A DNA stretch of 32,016 nt from a virus. Taxonomy: Duplodnaviria; Caudoviricetes. A program made the translations under genes and the position numbers. The notes under the pieces were generated by a model. That model was not told where the DNA came from. It saw only the letters and a list, made by a program, of their open reading frames with translations, and made no database searches. Positions 24,399-32,016 of this stretch are shown one piece after another. The number at the start of each line of letters is the position of its first letter. Within the stretch, counting starts at the first letter, position 1. The DNA lies in IMG/VR virus record IMGVR_UViG_3300006920_000143, positions 1 to 32,016 of that record; one strand, given 5' to 3'.

Positions 24399-25662
24399 CA
24401 GGATGCTGGCGACACCGTACCAGTTGCTGGCTTTAAGGATGGGTGCAGGGAAGACGGTTGTCAGTTTGACAGTCATCGATAAGTTGAAGTGTAAGACTTT
24501 GGTGGTTGCCCCGCTGAGGGTCTCAGAGCTCGTGTGGGCTGCCGAAGCATCGAAGTGGTACCACACTAGCCACTTGGTCGTTTCGAAGGTTCTGGGGCCC
24601 GTCTCGCAACGCTTAGAGGCATTGGAGAGGGAGGCGGACGTGTATATCGTGAACCGCGAGAACTTTCCGTGGTTGGTTGAGCAGTTTGGCAGGTGGTTTC
24701 CGTTCGAGTGCGTGATCATTGATGAGAATCGAGGGTTTAAAGACCGTGCCAGTAAGAGCTGGAAGGCATTAAATTCTGTCAGGCAGTACATCAAACACCT
24801 GTACATGCTGACCGGTACACCGACACCGAACAGCCTGCTTGAGTTGTGGGCCCAGATCAGTGTGATGGATGGCGGCAAGAGGCTGGAGAAGGGGATCGGC
24901 AGGTACCGTGAGAAGTATTTTAATCCTGACAAGCGGAACGGCAGCATCATCTATTCGTGGAAGCTAAAGCCCGGTGCCGATAAGGTGATCTATGAGGCTG
25001 TGGCCGACGTGATGCTGTCGATTGACAGCGACATTGAGATGCCTGAGAGGATTGATAACGTGATACCGGTGAGCTTTGACATGGACCGATACCACGAGCT
25101 CGAGCATACGCTAGTCAGTGATGCCATTTACGCGGTCAACCCCGCTGTGCTGGCAGGTAAGCTGGCCCAGATGGCCAACGGCGCAGTGTATGACGACACA
25201 AGGGGAGTGCATGAGATACACGACTCGAAGCTAAACGCTTTGGAAGAGATCGTCGAACAGGGCGAGCCTGTGCTTTGCTTTACCAGCTACCAGCACGATC
25301 AGGCAAGAATCATTAAGCGTTTCCCCGATGCGGTTGTGTTCGACGGTGCGCCAAGCTTTGAGAAGTGGAAGGCCGGGAAGGTGAAGCTGCTTTTGATGCA
25401 CCCAGCTTCAGGTGGTCACGGTGTTGACGGTCTGCAGCTGGGAGGCAATGTTGCGGTATGGTTCGGCTTGCCGTTTAGCCTTGACCTATACGAGCAGGCA
25501 AATGCTAGACTGCATCGCCCGGGCCAGAAGAACACAGTGACAGTGCATCACATCGTCGCCGTCAACACGATAGATCAGAGAATCATCAAGGTGTTGGAAA
25601 CCAAGGGCGATATGCAGCAGGCTTTACTTGACGCGGTTAATGAGTTGAAAGGGAAGGCATGA
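24358..25662 (+). CDS. SNF2-like superfamily 2 helicase
   Basis: PRAYQ, MGAGKT, IIDEN, LTGTP.PN.L.ELWAQ, HPASGGHG...LQ, YEQANARLHRPGQ; GAGGA RBS before ATG 24358. Confidence 0.92.
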   Translation: MEFLPRAYQQQAIDRMLATPYQLLALRMGAGKTVVSLTVIDKLKCKTLVVAPLRVSELVWAAEASKWYHTSHLVVSKVLGPVSQRLEALEREADVYIVNRENFPWLVEQFGRWFPFECVIIDENRGFKDRASKSWKALNSVRQYIKHLYMLTGTPTPNSLLELWAQISVMDGGKRLEKGIGRYREKYFNPDKRNGSIIYSWKLKPGADKVIYEAVADVMLSIDSDIEMPERIDNVIPVSFDMDRYHELEHTLVSDAIYAVNPAVLAGKLAQMANGAVYDDTRGVHEIHDSKLNALEEIVEQGEPVLCFTSYQHDQARIIKRFPDAVVFDGAPSFEKWKAGKVKLLLMHPASGGHGVDGLQLGGNVAVWFGLPFSLDLYEQANARLHRPGQKNTVTVHHIVAVNTIDQRIIKVLETKGDMQQALLDAVNELKGKA

Positions 25663-26147
25663 CATCAAGAGAGCGTATATCAAGAGCGCAAACATCCAGC
25701 CATCTACAGGAAGCCGATGAGAATGAGGTCGGTGATATCGATATCATCAGGGCATGCGGGATGGTGGGCGCCGGGATGCCACTGGGTGCTTCACTGTGGC
25801 GATTAAAGTTTAGCGGCGACACGAGGGAACTTGCGTCAGTGCTGGACGGGCTTTTGACTTTGACTGCGATGCGTTTTGCGGGGATTGATACGCTAAAGAC
25901 TGTGCAGATGGTCGTCAAGCATTGGCTCGATGACGTGTGCAAGCCTTGCCACGGGAGGGGGTATGAGATCGTACCGGGGACGCCGATACTGAGCGAGGTC
26001 GAGTGCGGGGTATGTAAAGGACAGGGCCGCGTCAAGCTGGTTGAACCAGATGAGGCGACCCTTTGGTTGATTGAATCAATCTCTCGAATGGAAAGAGAAG
26101 TTGCTGCGGCGATTATGAAGAAGTTAAATGCTGAACTGGATTTCTAA
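25659..26147 (+). CDS. Putative late-gene antiterminator (Q-like, Zn-finger)
   Basis: HWLDDVCKPCHGRG...CGVCKGQG; last gene of the rightward middle operon. Confidence 0.65.
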   Translation: MTSRERISRAQTSSHLQEADENEVGDIDIIRACGMVGAGMPLGASLWRLKFSGDTRELASVLDGLLTLTAMRFAGIDTLKTVQMVVKHWLDDVCKPCHGRGYEIVPGTPILSEVECGVCKGQGRVKLVEPDEATLWLIESISRMEREVAAAIMKKLNAELDF

Positions 26148-26526
26148 TTACTTGATGACAACAAGGACAGATGTCCTTGTCAACGCGCCTTGCTATTGCG
26201 CGGTGCACTGCTGACGGGTTGATGTCGAGCTGCTTAGCGGCAGCGTAGACTGATAACTTGTCTTCCGTGACTAGGTCAACTGCCTGCATGGTTTTTGACT
26301 TAGTTGGAAGGAAGGGGTCGTCCCCGCGACTAGACCAAACGCCGATTAAGTTAGCCGGCCAACGGTCCGGGCGTTCAGTGAATGCGGACGCCGACGGCTT
26401 GCCTGCATTGTCCCAAGCTGCCAGATACTTTATGTCGCCCCTCAAGGCCATCGAACGAAGCTTGTCCTTGACTACCTCGGACCAGCCAATCGTGTCGATA
26501 AAATCGTTGAAAGATAGTTGAATCAT
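26113..26526 (-). CDS. Hypothetical protein with C-terminal HTH
   Basis: AVDLV....SVYAAAKQLDINPSAVHRAI followed by CPCC. Confidence 0.65.
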   Translation of the reverse strand: MIQLSFNDFIDTIGWSEVVKDKLRSMALRGDIKYLAAWDNAGKPSASAFTERPDRWPANLIGVWSSRGDDPFLPTKSKTMQAVDLVTEDKLSVYAAAKQLDINPSAVHRAIARRVDKDICPCCHQVIRNPVQHLTSS

Positions 26527-26783
26527 TTAGGCCACCCGTAGTCGTTAAAAATTGAAGACTCAGGGTCTTCGTAGTCCATCATTATTTCATCATCTTTACG
26601 CACATACCGAACATTGTAGTAGTGTTCTAAGTGACCATGAATACGCTGATACTTAACAAAGCCAACTTTAAAAGCAGCATTGTCAGGCCAACTAAAAGCA
26701 AACACGCCGTCCGTAGCTATGCGCCTAAGAACGTCTTGAACTGACATTTTGTCATCAAATAAACAACTGTAAATTGTTTTCAT
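26523..26783 (-). CDS. Hypothetical protein
   Basis: 86 aa, ATGA coupled, visibly AT-rich. Confidence 0.6.
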   Translation of the reverse strand: MKTIYSCLFDDKMSVQDVLRRIATDGVFAFSWPDNAAFKVGFVKYQRIHGHLEHYYNVRYVRKDDEIMMDYEDPESSIFNDYGWPK

Positions 26784-27007
26784 CGCGCCCTCCCGGACAG
26801 GTCAACCAGCCAAGACGCCGGCAGTGGCACAGACGCCCGGAGCACCCCCGGGCGATTGCCCTTGTGCGGCGATACAAGGGTCATCGTGATACCGAACAAC
26901 TCAAAGTTGCTTTTGTAATAAGCACCCGTGTTTATTGAGTAGGGCACGGCAATCTTAAAGTCGGTGCCTTCAATTTGATACAGTAAACGGCGGTCAGCTA
27001 ATTTCAT
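26780..27007 (-). CDS. Hypothetical protein
   Basis: Start ATG 27007 via TGATG overlap. Confidence 0.55.
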   Translation of the reverse strand: MKLADRRLLYQIEGTDFKIAVPYSINTGAYYKSNFELFGITMTLVSPHKGNRPGVLRASVPLPASWLVDLSGRAR

Positions 27008-27093
27008 CACGGTCTCCAAATAAAGATGTCAAGTGCGCAGACGATCAAGGCGATCAAGGCTGCTACGTAAATCCAAAAGTCGCGTGGGTCCAT
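27007..27093 (-). CDS. Small membrane protein (28 aa)
   Basis: MDPRDFWIYVAALIALIVCALDIFIWRP. Confidence 0.6.
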   Translation of the reverse strand: MDPRDFWIYVAALIALIVCALDIFIWRP

Positions 27094-27094
27094 G

Positions 27095-27400
27095 TCAGCC
27101 CCCGTCAATCGTGTCGGCCCACATGTTGCCGAACCTGTCTGCGACGTATTCGTAGCTGCCTTTCGTGCCGGGCTTGACGTCGGTCCTGCTAGGTATCGTG
27201 TTGCCCCAGTAGTCTTTCTTTGACTCAAAACCGAGCATGCAGTAGCCGTTCTCAATGGCGGCCATCAGCTCACGGCCGTAGGCGCCTTGCAGTTTCCATG
27301 CCGTGCCGCCGTTGATGGCGGACTGCAGCACGCTGTAGTACTCGAACGGGTCGAGCGGGGTTTCGCCTTCAAGGGCGTCCATCAATTCAAAGTCAATCAT
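27095..27400 (-). CDS. Conserved hypothetical early protein
   Basis: AGGAG RBS; Q..IN.G.AWKLQG.YGR.....IE.GYCMLG. Confidence 0.7.
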   Translation of the reverse strand: MIDFELMDALEGETPLDPFEYYSVLQSAINGGTAWKLQGAYGRELMAAIENGYCMLGFESKKDYWGNTIPSRTDVKPGTKGSYEYVADRFGNMWADTIDGG

Positions 27401-27409
27401 GTCAATCTC

Positions 27410-27622
27410 CTAGTAAACAAAAGGTTGTGCGGTGTCATCGAGGTACTGCAACCAGCGGAGCACATCCCCGGTCGCTATCCAGTCTCCCCGGGACCCGTCC
27501 GCCTGCGGACCAAACTTCGAGGTCTGCAAGTGTTCGCGGAATTCTTGAACCCGTTCAGCACGGGTGATGATCACGTCGTTTAGTTCTACCTTGTCAGCTT
27601 CAAGCTGCTTGATGTAGTTCAT
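27410..27622 (-). CDS. Hypothetical protein
   Basis: ATGA coupled; GAGG RBS. Confidence 0.65.
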   Translation of the reverse strand: MNYIKQLEADKVELNDVIITRAERVQEFREHLQTSKFGPQADGSRGDWIATGDVLRWLQYLDDTAQPFVY

Positions 27623-27918
27623 GACTTCCTCGCTGAGACACGGACGGTGAAGTAAGGATCGCCAACGGTCGTGTTGGCGGTGACAAGCTGGCGAGACGGG
27701 CTAAACTTCTCAGCAATCTTTTTCCAATCGACGCTGGTCTTGCCGTCGCATTCTGATATCGCTGCCCGGTTGAGCGTGCCATCAATCGACGCGAAGCCGC
27801 TGTCGATCAGGTCCTGCTTGAGTTGCGTCTCGGTTAATTTCAGATCAGCTATTTGCGCTTTGATCAGGGCGAGCTTATCGACGATTCCGCCAAGCATTGC
27901 AAGATTCGATTCGTTCAT
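27619..27918 (-). CDS. Hypothetical early protein
   Basis: AGGAG RBS; VD.L..IKAQIADL coiled coil, VDWKKIA. Confidence 0.7.
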   Translation of the reverse strand: MNESNLAMLGGIVDKLALIKAQIADLKLTETQLKQDLIDSGFASIDGTLNRAAISECDGKTSVDWKKIAEKFSPSRQLVTANTTVGDPYFTVRVSARKS

Positions 27919-27935
27919 AGTAGTGACTCCTAAAA

Positions 27936-28010
27936 ATTACCGGCGACCGGCCGGTGCGGTAATGCAACTGCACTGCATAGGGCACCCGGGGGATGCCCTA
28001 CACGCTACAG
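27936..28010 (-). ncRNA. Candidate intergenic structured RNA / processing site
   Basis: CUGUA-GC-GUGUAGGGCAUCC/GGGUGCCCUAUGC-AG-UGCAG hairpin, then AUUACCG...CGGUAAU hairpin just before the RBS. Confidence 0.5.
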
Positions 28011-28979
28011 TCAGGCAGCAAGCAGATTTGCTAATGCTTTCTGCTTCAGATCAGCGCCGGCGCCCCATTGAGCCGAGACGAAGCGGTTCTGATCGTTACG
28101 AGCACGGACGTGGTGATCGGCGTACTCAGTAACTGCATTGAGCAAACCCCACGCCGTACCAAACACGCCGTCGTTCATTGCACCCATGCCAGAACCGTTG
28201 AACAGGTCCAGAATCTTGGTGAACCCGGCAGTCTCGCGAACCTTTGCAGCACCACCGAGCAGGCCAGCAACGAAGTCGCCGGCTTCCTCTTCGTGAATGC
28301 TGATATTGGCCAGACGCGTGACGTTGTGACGGAAGGCTTCCCACGCTGCTTCGTTCAAACCCATGAAGTCTTTGACTTGCGAAGGATTGAACACAGAACG
28401 GTGAGACACTTTGACCGACGCTTTTGATTCGCCCAAAGCCATAGCCAGCGTGTTCTTGCAAACGGTGCGAACCGTAGTGCGACGAACCTCAGTAGCCAAG
28501 CTGCCGTCTGCGCTGGTGCTGATCAGCAAGTAGCCGCCAATCGTGTCAGCCAGAGAAGTCGGTGAAGCTTCGCCGATCTTCGCAGTGGCCCAGAAACGCT
28601 TGCCACCGTAGATCGTGCCGGCTGCCGACAACTCCAAACCGCCAGCCTTTGCGATGTCTCGGAAGAACTCGAGCACCTCGCCCGGCTGGACAACTTGATA
28701 CCGCTTGGAAACAACACCCAGCGGGTCAAGGTTGTCTGAGCGAAACAGAACGTGCTGGTCAGGCAGCTTGACTAAGCTATCTGCGTTGATGTCACGGCTG
28801 ACTGCGTACCGAATCTCGGAACGCTGAATGCGCCAGTCCATCCCAGCATCAACACGCCATTGGTCAATGGTTGCATCGGCGCCCATCGGTTTGCCAAGGC
28901 CGTGCCAAGGGGTGCCGTCTGAAGCTAAGTAAGCAAATTCGACGCGACCGTCGGCGTGAGTAGTAATTTCGTGTGACAT
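28011..28979 (-). CDS. DUF932-family (TIGR03299 phage/plasmid-like) protein
   Basis: PWHGLG, AGMDW, LGVVSKRYQVVQP, AG...GGKRFWA.A, S.DGS, T.VR.VC.NTL, GTAWGLLNAVTEY.DH; ATG 28979 has the better RBS spacing. Confidence 0.9.
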   Translation of the reverse strand: MSHEITTHADGRVEFAYLASDGTPWHGLGKPMGADATIDQWRVDAGMDWRIQRSEIRYAVSRDINADSLVKLPDQHVLFRSDNLDPLGVVSKRYQVVQPGEVLEFFRDIAKAGGLELSAAGTIYGGKRFWATAKIGEASPTSLADTIGGYLLISTSADGSLATEVRRTTVRTVCKNTLAMALGESKASVKVSHRSVFNPSQVKDFMGLNEAAWEAFRHNVTRLANISIHEEEAGDFVAGLLGGAAKVRETAGFTKILDLFNGSGMGAMNDGVFGTAWGLLNAVTEYADHHVRARNDQNRFVSAQWGAGADLKQKALANLLAA

Positions 28980-29022
28980 AGCCATCTCCTAAAGAGTTTC
29001 TGCGAGCCGCGCAGCACGGGGT

Positions 29023-29079
29023 TTCCCAGACCGCCCGGGGACGGTTTCGACCGGTACCACCCGGTCTCATCAGTAAGAA
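29023..29079 (-). ncRNA. Hammerhead ribozyme (type I)
   Basis: UUCUUA-CUGAUGA-GACCGG(GUGGUA)CCGGUC-GAAA-CCGUC(CCCG)GGCGG-UC-UGGGAA; all core nucleotides and three stems present. Confidence 0.92.
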
Positions 29080-29249
29080 TATGCATAAATCATGGTGTAA
29101 GCACGGGCAAGCGACTCGGCGCTGGCTTCGGTCGAGCACTTCTCAAGTAACCGGCCTGACGCGCCACCGAGCTCGTTTGCAACCCATTCGGTAACGCCCC
29201 AGAAGGGCCGGCGATCTTCGTCGTCGTAGTAGTCAACTGTGTATTTCAT
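29070..29249 (-). CDS. Hypothetical protein (59 aa), not in the ORF track
   Basis: AAGGA RBS and ATGA coupling; MKYTVDYYDDEDRRPFWGVTEW...YAYSY; the stop codon lies in the hammerhead core. Confidence 0.6.
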   Translation of the reverse strand: MKYTVDYYDDEDRRPFWGVTEWVANELGGASGRLLEKCSTEASAESLARAYTMIYAYSY

Positions 29250-29494
29250 GCTTCTATCCTTTCGTTTTTAAACTCCATTTCGCCGGCTGCAATTTTGAAT
29301 TGCAAGTATTTAGCGCGATTAAGTGTCTGCCTTGCTTCCTCAATGTTGCCGTACGCCATCAGTTCTTGTGCATCAGACATCAGGCCAGCCACGATCATAA
29401 AACCGCCCGTAAATCTGTACGTCATGTTTGCCTTGGCGTTTTCGAAATAAACCTTCATGTCGTCTACGCCGTACATTGTTAAGTCGTTGCTCAT
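29246..29494 (-). CDS. Hypothetical protein, first gene of the early operon
   Basis: AGGAG RBS; MYG...AGLMSDAQE......ARQTLNRAKY. Confidence 0.7.
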   Translation of the reverse strand: MSNDLTMYGVDDMKVYFENAKANMTYRFTGGFMIVAGLMSDAQELMAYGNIEEARQTLNRAKYLQFKIAAGEMEFKNERIEA

Positions 29495-29504
29495 AATGTT
29501 TTCT

Positions 29505-29712
29505 CCTGAAGTGCAAGCATTTGTCGGCAGCCTGCTGCGCCGCCAAAGAACAGCACGCTGCCCTTTGGTTTCCTTCGCACTCGCTAGTCTTGGGGACTAG
29601 GTCTTAGCGGTCTGCCGGTTGGTCCCTTGCGCTCACCACGCTTAGATCAGAACTCCGGTGGTTTCCTTTTTGTATCCCGCTGAATCCTTCGCGGTACTGC
29701 TTGTCCAACAAC
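29505..29712 (-). ncRNA. Candidate structured ~200-nt leader RNA
   Basis: Hairpins CCGC-GAA(GGA)UUC-A-GCGG, CUAGUC(CCCAA)GACUAG and CCAAAGGGCAGC(GU)GCUGUUCUUUGG; repeated AAGGAAACCA. Confidence 0.5.
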
Positions 29713-29715
29713 TCA

Positions 29716-29745
29716 ACTATAGATGACAAGCACTGTCAATGTCAC
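29716..29745 (-). promoter_or_regulatory. Possible early promoter with palindrome in the spacer
   Basis: GTGACA-N18-TATAGT; TGACA-N5-TGTCA at 29724-29738. Confidence 0.4.
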
Positions 29746-29855
29746 TTTGTATGTTTAAAAGGGGGCCTTTGTATTTTTAAAAGACCCGCATGTTTCCTAG
29801 CTTTAACTTTCAATGTGTTGTATAAATACAACACTATTTGCTTGAAAATTGACGC

Positions 29856-29884
29856 TTGACGTGCCTAATTGGAAATCATATAAT
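29856..29884 (+). promoter_or_regulatory. Late sigma70 promoter (pR'-like)
   Basis: TTGACG-N17-TATAAT with AT-rich upstream sequence. Confidence 0.8.
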
Positions 29885-29918
29885 TTTTGGGCACCCCCGC
29901 GTCCGCGAAAAACGTGCA

Positions 29919-29948
29919 AAAAAGCCGCGCATTGACGTGGCTTTTTGT
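29919..29948 (+). terminator. Intrinsic terminator directly after the late promoter (tR'-like)
   Basis: AAAAAGCCGCG-CATTGA-CGTGGCTTTTTGT. Confidence 0.7.
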
Positions 29949-29965
29949 CTATCTGGAGCCCATAA

Positions 29966-30208
29966 ATGGCGAAAACAATCACGATTACGATGGAAGACAG
30001 TGGCAAGATCACTGTCGATTCCGACGAGATGGAGCAGCCATACGTCTGCGAAAGCGTGGCAGAGTGCCGCGATTACGTTGACAACATGCTGGCCGAGGAA
30101 GAGGGCGAGAGCCCAGAAGAACAAGCTACTGAGAAGCCAGAGGCTTACAAGGCGGCTTGGGATGAAGAGGCGGCCAGCCGGCCGAAGCAGTCGAACATGA
30201 TGGCCTGA
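29966..30208 (+). CDS. Acidic hypothetical protein
   Basis: GGAG RBS; 80 aa. Confidence 0.7.
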   Translation: MAKTITITMEDSGKITVDSDEMEQPYVCESVAECRDYVDNMLAEEEGESPEEQATEKPEAYKAAWDEEAASRPKQSNMMA

Positions 30209-30221
30209 TCGGAGTACTACC

Positions 30222-30479
30222 ATGCAAGAATATTCAAACCCACAATCCCGTAATCTAATCCGCGCAGCAGGAGGAATGATGAAAAACGCAGCAGCAATGC
30301 CGGGCTCTACGCCCGGAGCACCAGTCGGTAGCAACCAGCAGCAAGGCAAAGGCGAAATCCCGGGCAAAGTGTCCGTACCAATGCCCGGCACCAATGAAAC
30401 TCAGCCTGAGTACAAGGGCGGCATGAAGAGCGGTAACGTGCCCGGCTTCTCCGGCGGCATCATTAACGGCAAGATTTAA
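30222..30479 (+). CDS. Gly/Pro-rich hypothetical protein
   Basis: GGAG RBS; 85 aa. Confidence 0.65.
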   Translation: MQEYSNPQSRNLIRAAGGMMKNAAAMPGSTPGAPVGSNQQQGKGEIPGKVSVPMPGTNETQPEYKGGMKSGNVPGFSGGIINGKI

Positions 30480-30481
30480 TC

Positions 30482-30658
30482 ATGCACAAGCCCGGCCTGT
30501 ACGCGAACATTCAAGCCAAACGCGAACGTATCGCTGCCGGTTCGGGCGAACGCATGCGCAAGGCTGGGAGCAAAGGCGCACCGAGCAAGGCCGACTTTGA
30601 GGAGTCAGCAAAGACGGCCAAGACCGGGATCATCCGCAAAGCGATGGGGTCGAAATGA
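30482..30658 (+). CDS. Small basic phage protein (58 aa), not in the ORF track
   Basis: KPGLYANIQAKRERIAAGSGERMRKAGSKGAP...F...AKTAK, a motif recurrent in environmental phages. Confidence 0.7.
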   Translation: MHKPGLYANIQAKRERIAAGSGERMRKAGSKGAPSKADFEESAKTAKTGIIRKAMGSK

Positions 30659-30685
30659 AGTAAGTAAGGCCATGAAAGGACGCTA

Positions 30686-30874
30686 ATGCCAAGCAAGACA
30701 GCCAAGCAGGCTCGCATGATGGCGGCTGCAGCACACAACCCGGCTTTCGCAAAGAAGGTCGGGGTTCCCGTGTCTGTGGCAAAGGATTACAACGCGGCCG
30801 ATACTGGCGGCGGATTGTTGAGAGGGGCAATGAGCGATGGCAAAAGTAAAAACAAGGCCAAAAAGGCTAGCTGA
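30686..30874 (+). CDS. Small basic phage protein
   Basis: AAGGA RBS; MPSKTAKQARMMAAAAHNPAFAKKVGVPVSVAKDY. Confidence 0.7.
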   Translation: MPSKTAKQARMMAAAAHNPAFAKKVGVPVSVAKDYNAADTGGGLLRGAMSDGKSKNKAKKAS

Positions 30875-31301
30875 ATTAAACGGAGCGCCGCCACGTCTGG
30901 CGTCGCCTGAAGACCTTGAGGACGCAGGTCCCAAGACGGGACGAGCGCATGCTATGCGTAAAAGCTCAGGGATCAAGCACCCGCTCAGAATCAATCTGAC
31001 TGCGGTCTCTGAGGCATTGATAGAAGAGGGACTCGATCCAGCGATTGAGTTTGCACGCATTCTCAAAGGCCGGCCAATCATCAATGAGGACGGTAGAGCC
31101 CTCATCGACCCGCATACTGGCCAGCCAGCGCGGCGCTATGAACTTGATGCCGACGTTCGGGTGCGGATGTTGTCGGAGATACTGAGCTACACGCAGCCGA
31201 AGCTGAAAGCCATTGAGGTCAAGATGTCTGGCAGCCTTGAGCTATCAAGCGAACAGCTTGACCAGAGGCTGGCCATGTTGCTGGCTCGGGCGGCCAAATG
31301 A
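30837..31301 (+). CDS. Probable terminase small subunit
   Basis: Directly upstream of and coupled to terL; G.DP......I....R....EIL.Y.QPKLKAIEV. Confidence 0.55.
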   Translation: MAKVKTRPKRLAELNGAPPRLASPEDLEDAGPKTGRAHAMRKSSGIKHPLRINLTAVSEALIEEGLDPAIEFARILKGRPIINEDGRALIDPHTGQPARRYELDADVRVRMLSEILSYTQPKLKAIEVKMSGSLELSSEQLDQRLAMLLARAAK

Positions 31302-32016
31302 ATCTGGCCAATCTCGATACGTCACTGCTAACCGCTGAGGAAAAGCGAGAGCTGTACGAGTTGCTGCGTTTGAAGGATATCCGGGCCAAGCGTAATAAGC
31401 TGGCCGCCTACCATGCTTATGCGAAGCAGGTAGAGTTTCATAACGCTGGCGCCGATTACCGTGAGCGGCTATTCATGGCAGGCAATCAGCTTGGCAAGAC
31501 ATGGGCCGGTGCGTATGAGGTCGCTATGCACCTGACCGGTCGTTACCCTGATTGGTGGAAGGGTAAGCGGTTCCCTTACGCTATCAGGTCAATGGTCGGA
31601 TCAGAGTCAGCGGAGCTAACGCGCAAAGGCGTGCAGCGTCTTTTGCTTGGTCCGCCAGAGATGCGGGAAGAGTGGGGCACTGGCGCTATACCCTACGACT
31701 GTGTCAAAGACACGTCGATGAAGCAGGGTGTGCCTGACGCCGTATCAAGCATTGTGGTCCGCCACATTTGTGGTGAGGACTCTGTGGTGCAGTTCTTGTC
31801 ATACGATCAGGGCCGCACGAAGTGGCAGGCCGACACGGTTGACCTCGTATGGTTTGACGAAGAGCCACCGCTCCCAATTTATTCTGAGGGCCTGACACGG
31901 ACTAACGCAACAGCCGGTCAGGTCTTTGTGACGTTTACGCCACTGCTTGGCATGTCAGAGGTGGTGAAGCGGTACCTGCTTGAGAAGCCGGCCGCAAGCC
32001 ACGTCACGACGATGAC
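31298..32016 (+). CDS. terL: Terminase large subunit, P22 gp2-like, 3' truncated
   Basis: Translated by hand: KQVEFH..RERLFMAGNQLGKT..EVAMHLTGRYP.WW.GKRF..SYDQGRTKWQ..WFDEEPP..YSEGLTRT..TFTPLLGMS. Confidence 0.95.
   Translation, partial: MNLANLDTSLLTAEEKRELYELLRLKDIRAKRNKLAAYHAYAKQVEFHNAGADYRERLFMAGNQLGKTWAGAYEVAMHLTGRYPDWWKGKRFPYAIRSMVGSESAELTRKGVQRLLLGPPEMREEWGTGAIPYDCVKDTSMKQGVPDAVSSIVVRHICGEDSVVQFLSYDQGRTKWQADTVDLVWFDEEPPLPIYSEGLTRTNATAGQVFVTFTPLLGMSEVVKRYLLEKPAASHVTTM

Noticed and set aside
29495-29960. tRNA genes in the large intergenic region
   Set aside because: No cloverleaf or T-loop GTTCRA consensus found on either strand.
29876-30394. Long antisense/alternative-frame ORFs here and opposite other large genes (e.g. 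22220-22762, 24342-24950, 4731-5189)
   Set aside because: Shadow ORFs of well-supported genes, with no RBS or recognisable motifs.

Overview
The window is about 32 kb of a dsDNA tailed-phage genome, probably podovirus-like. It has an APSE-1/BPP-1-type replication module and a P22 gp2-like terminase; a Betaproteobacteria host is an unverified guess. From left to right: (1) 1-10014 (+) is the end of the late/virion operon, with two very large polyvalent ejection-type proteins (zincin-like, ART-like, HhH-glycosylase-like and zeta-toxin-like domains) separated by a ferritin gene. (2) 10015-17404 (-) is a replication/recombination operon (family A DNA polymerase, DUF2815 SSB, DUF2800 nuclease, HTH proteins). 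(3) 17405-17516 is a divergent promoter/operator switch followed by cro, with no adjacent CI. (4) 18006-21336 is an array of small mosaic genes built from shared DNA repeats. (5) 21528-26147 holds a primase-helicase, an iteron-rich origin, VRR-NUC, an SNF2 helicase and a Q-like antiterminator. (6) 26113-29745 (-) is an early operon containing a complete hammerhead ribozyme and other structured RNA candidates. (7) 29856-32016 (+) is a late promoter and terminator, small basic proteins and the terminase genes. The most notable observations are: the only cysteines in the two giant proteins sit at their facing ends, on either side of a Cys-free atypical ferritin; the hammerhead catalytic core contains the stop codon of the upstream gene; and the small-gene array looks like repeat-bounded cassettes. 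No integrase, lysis genes, tRNAs or CRISPR array were seen. All family assignments come from motif recognition by eye, not database searches.
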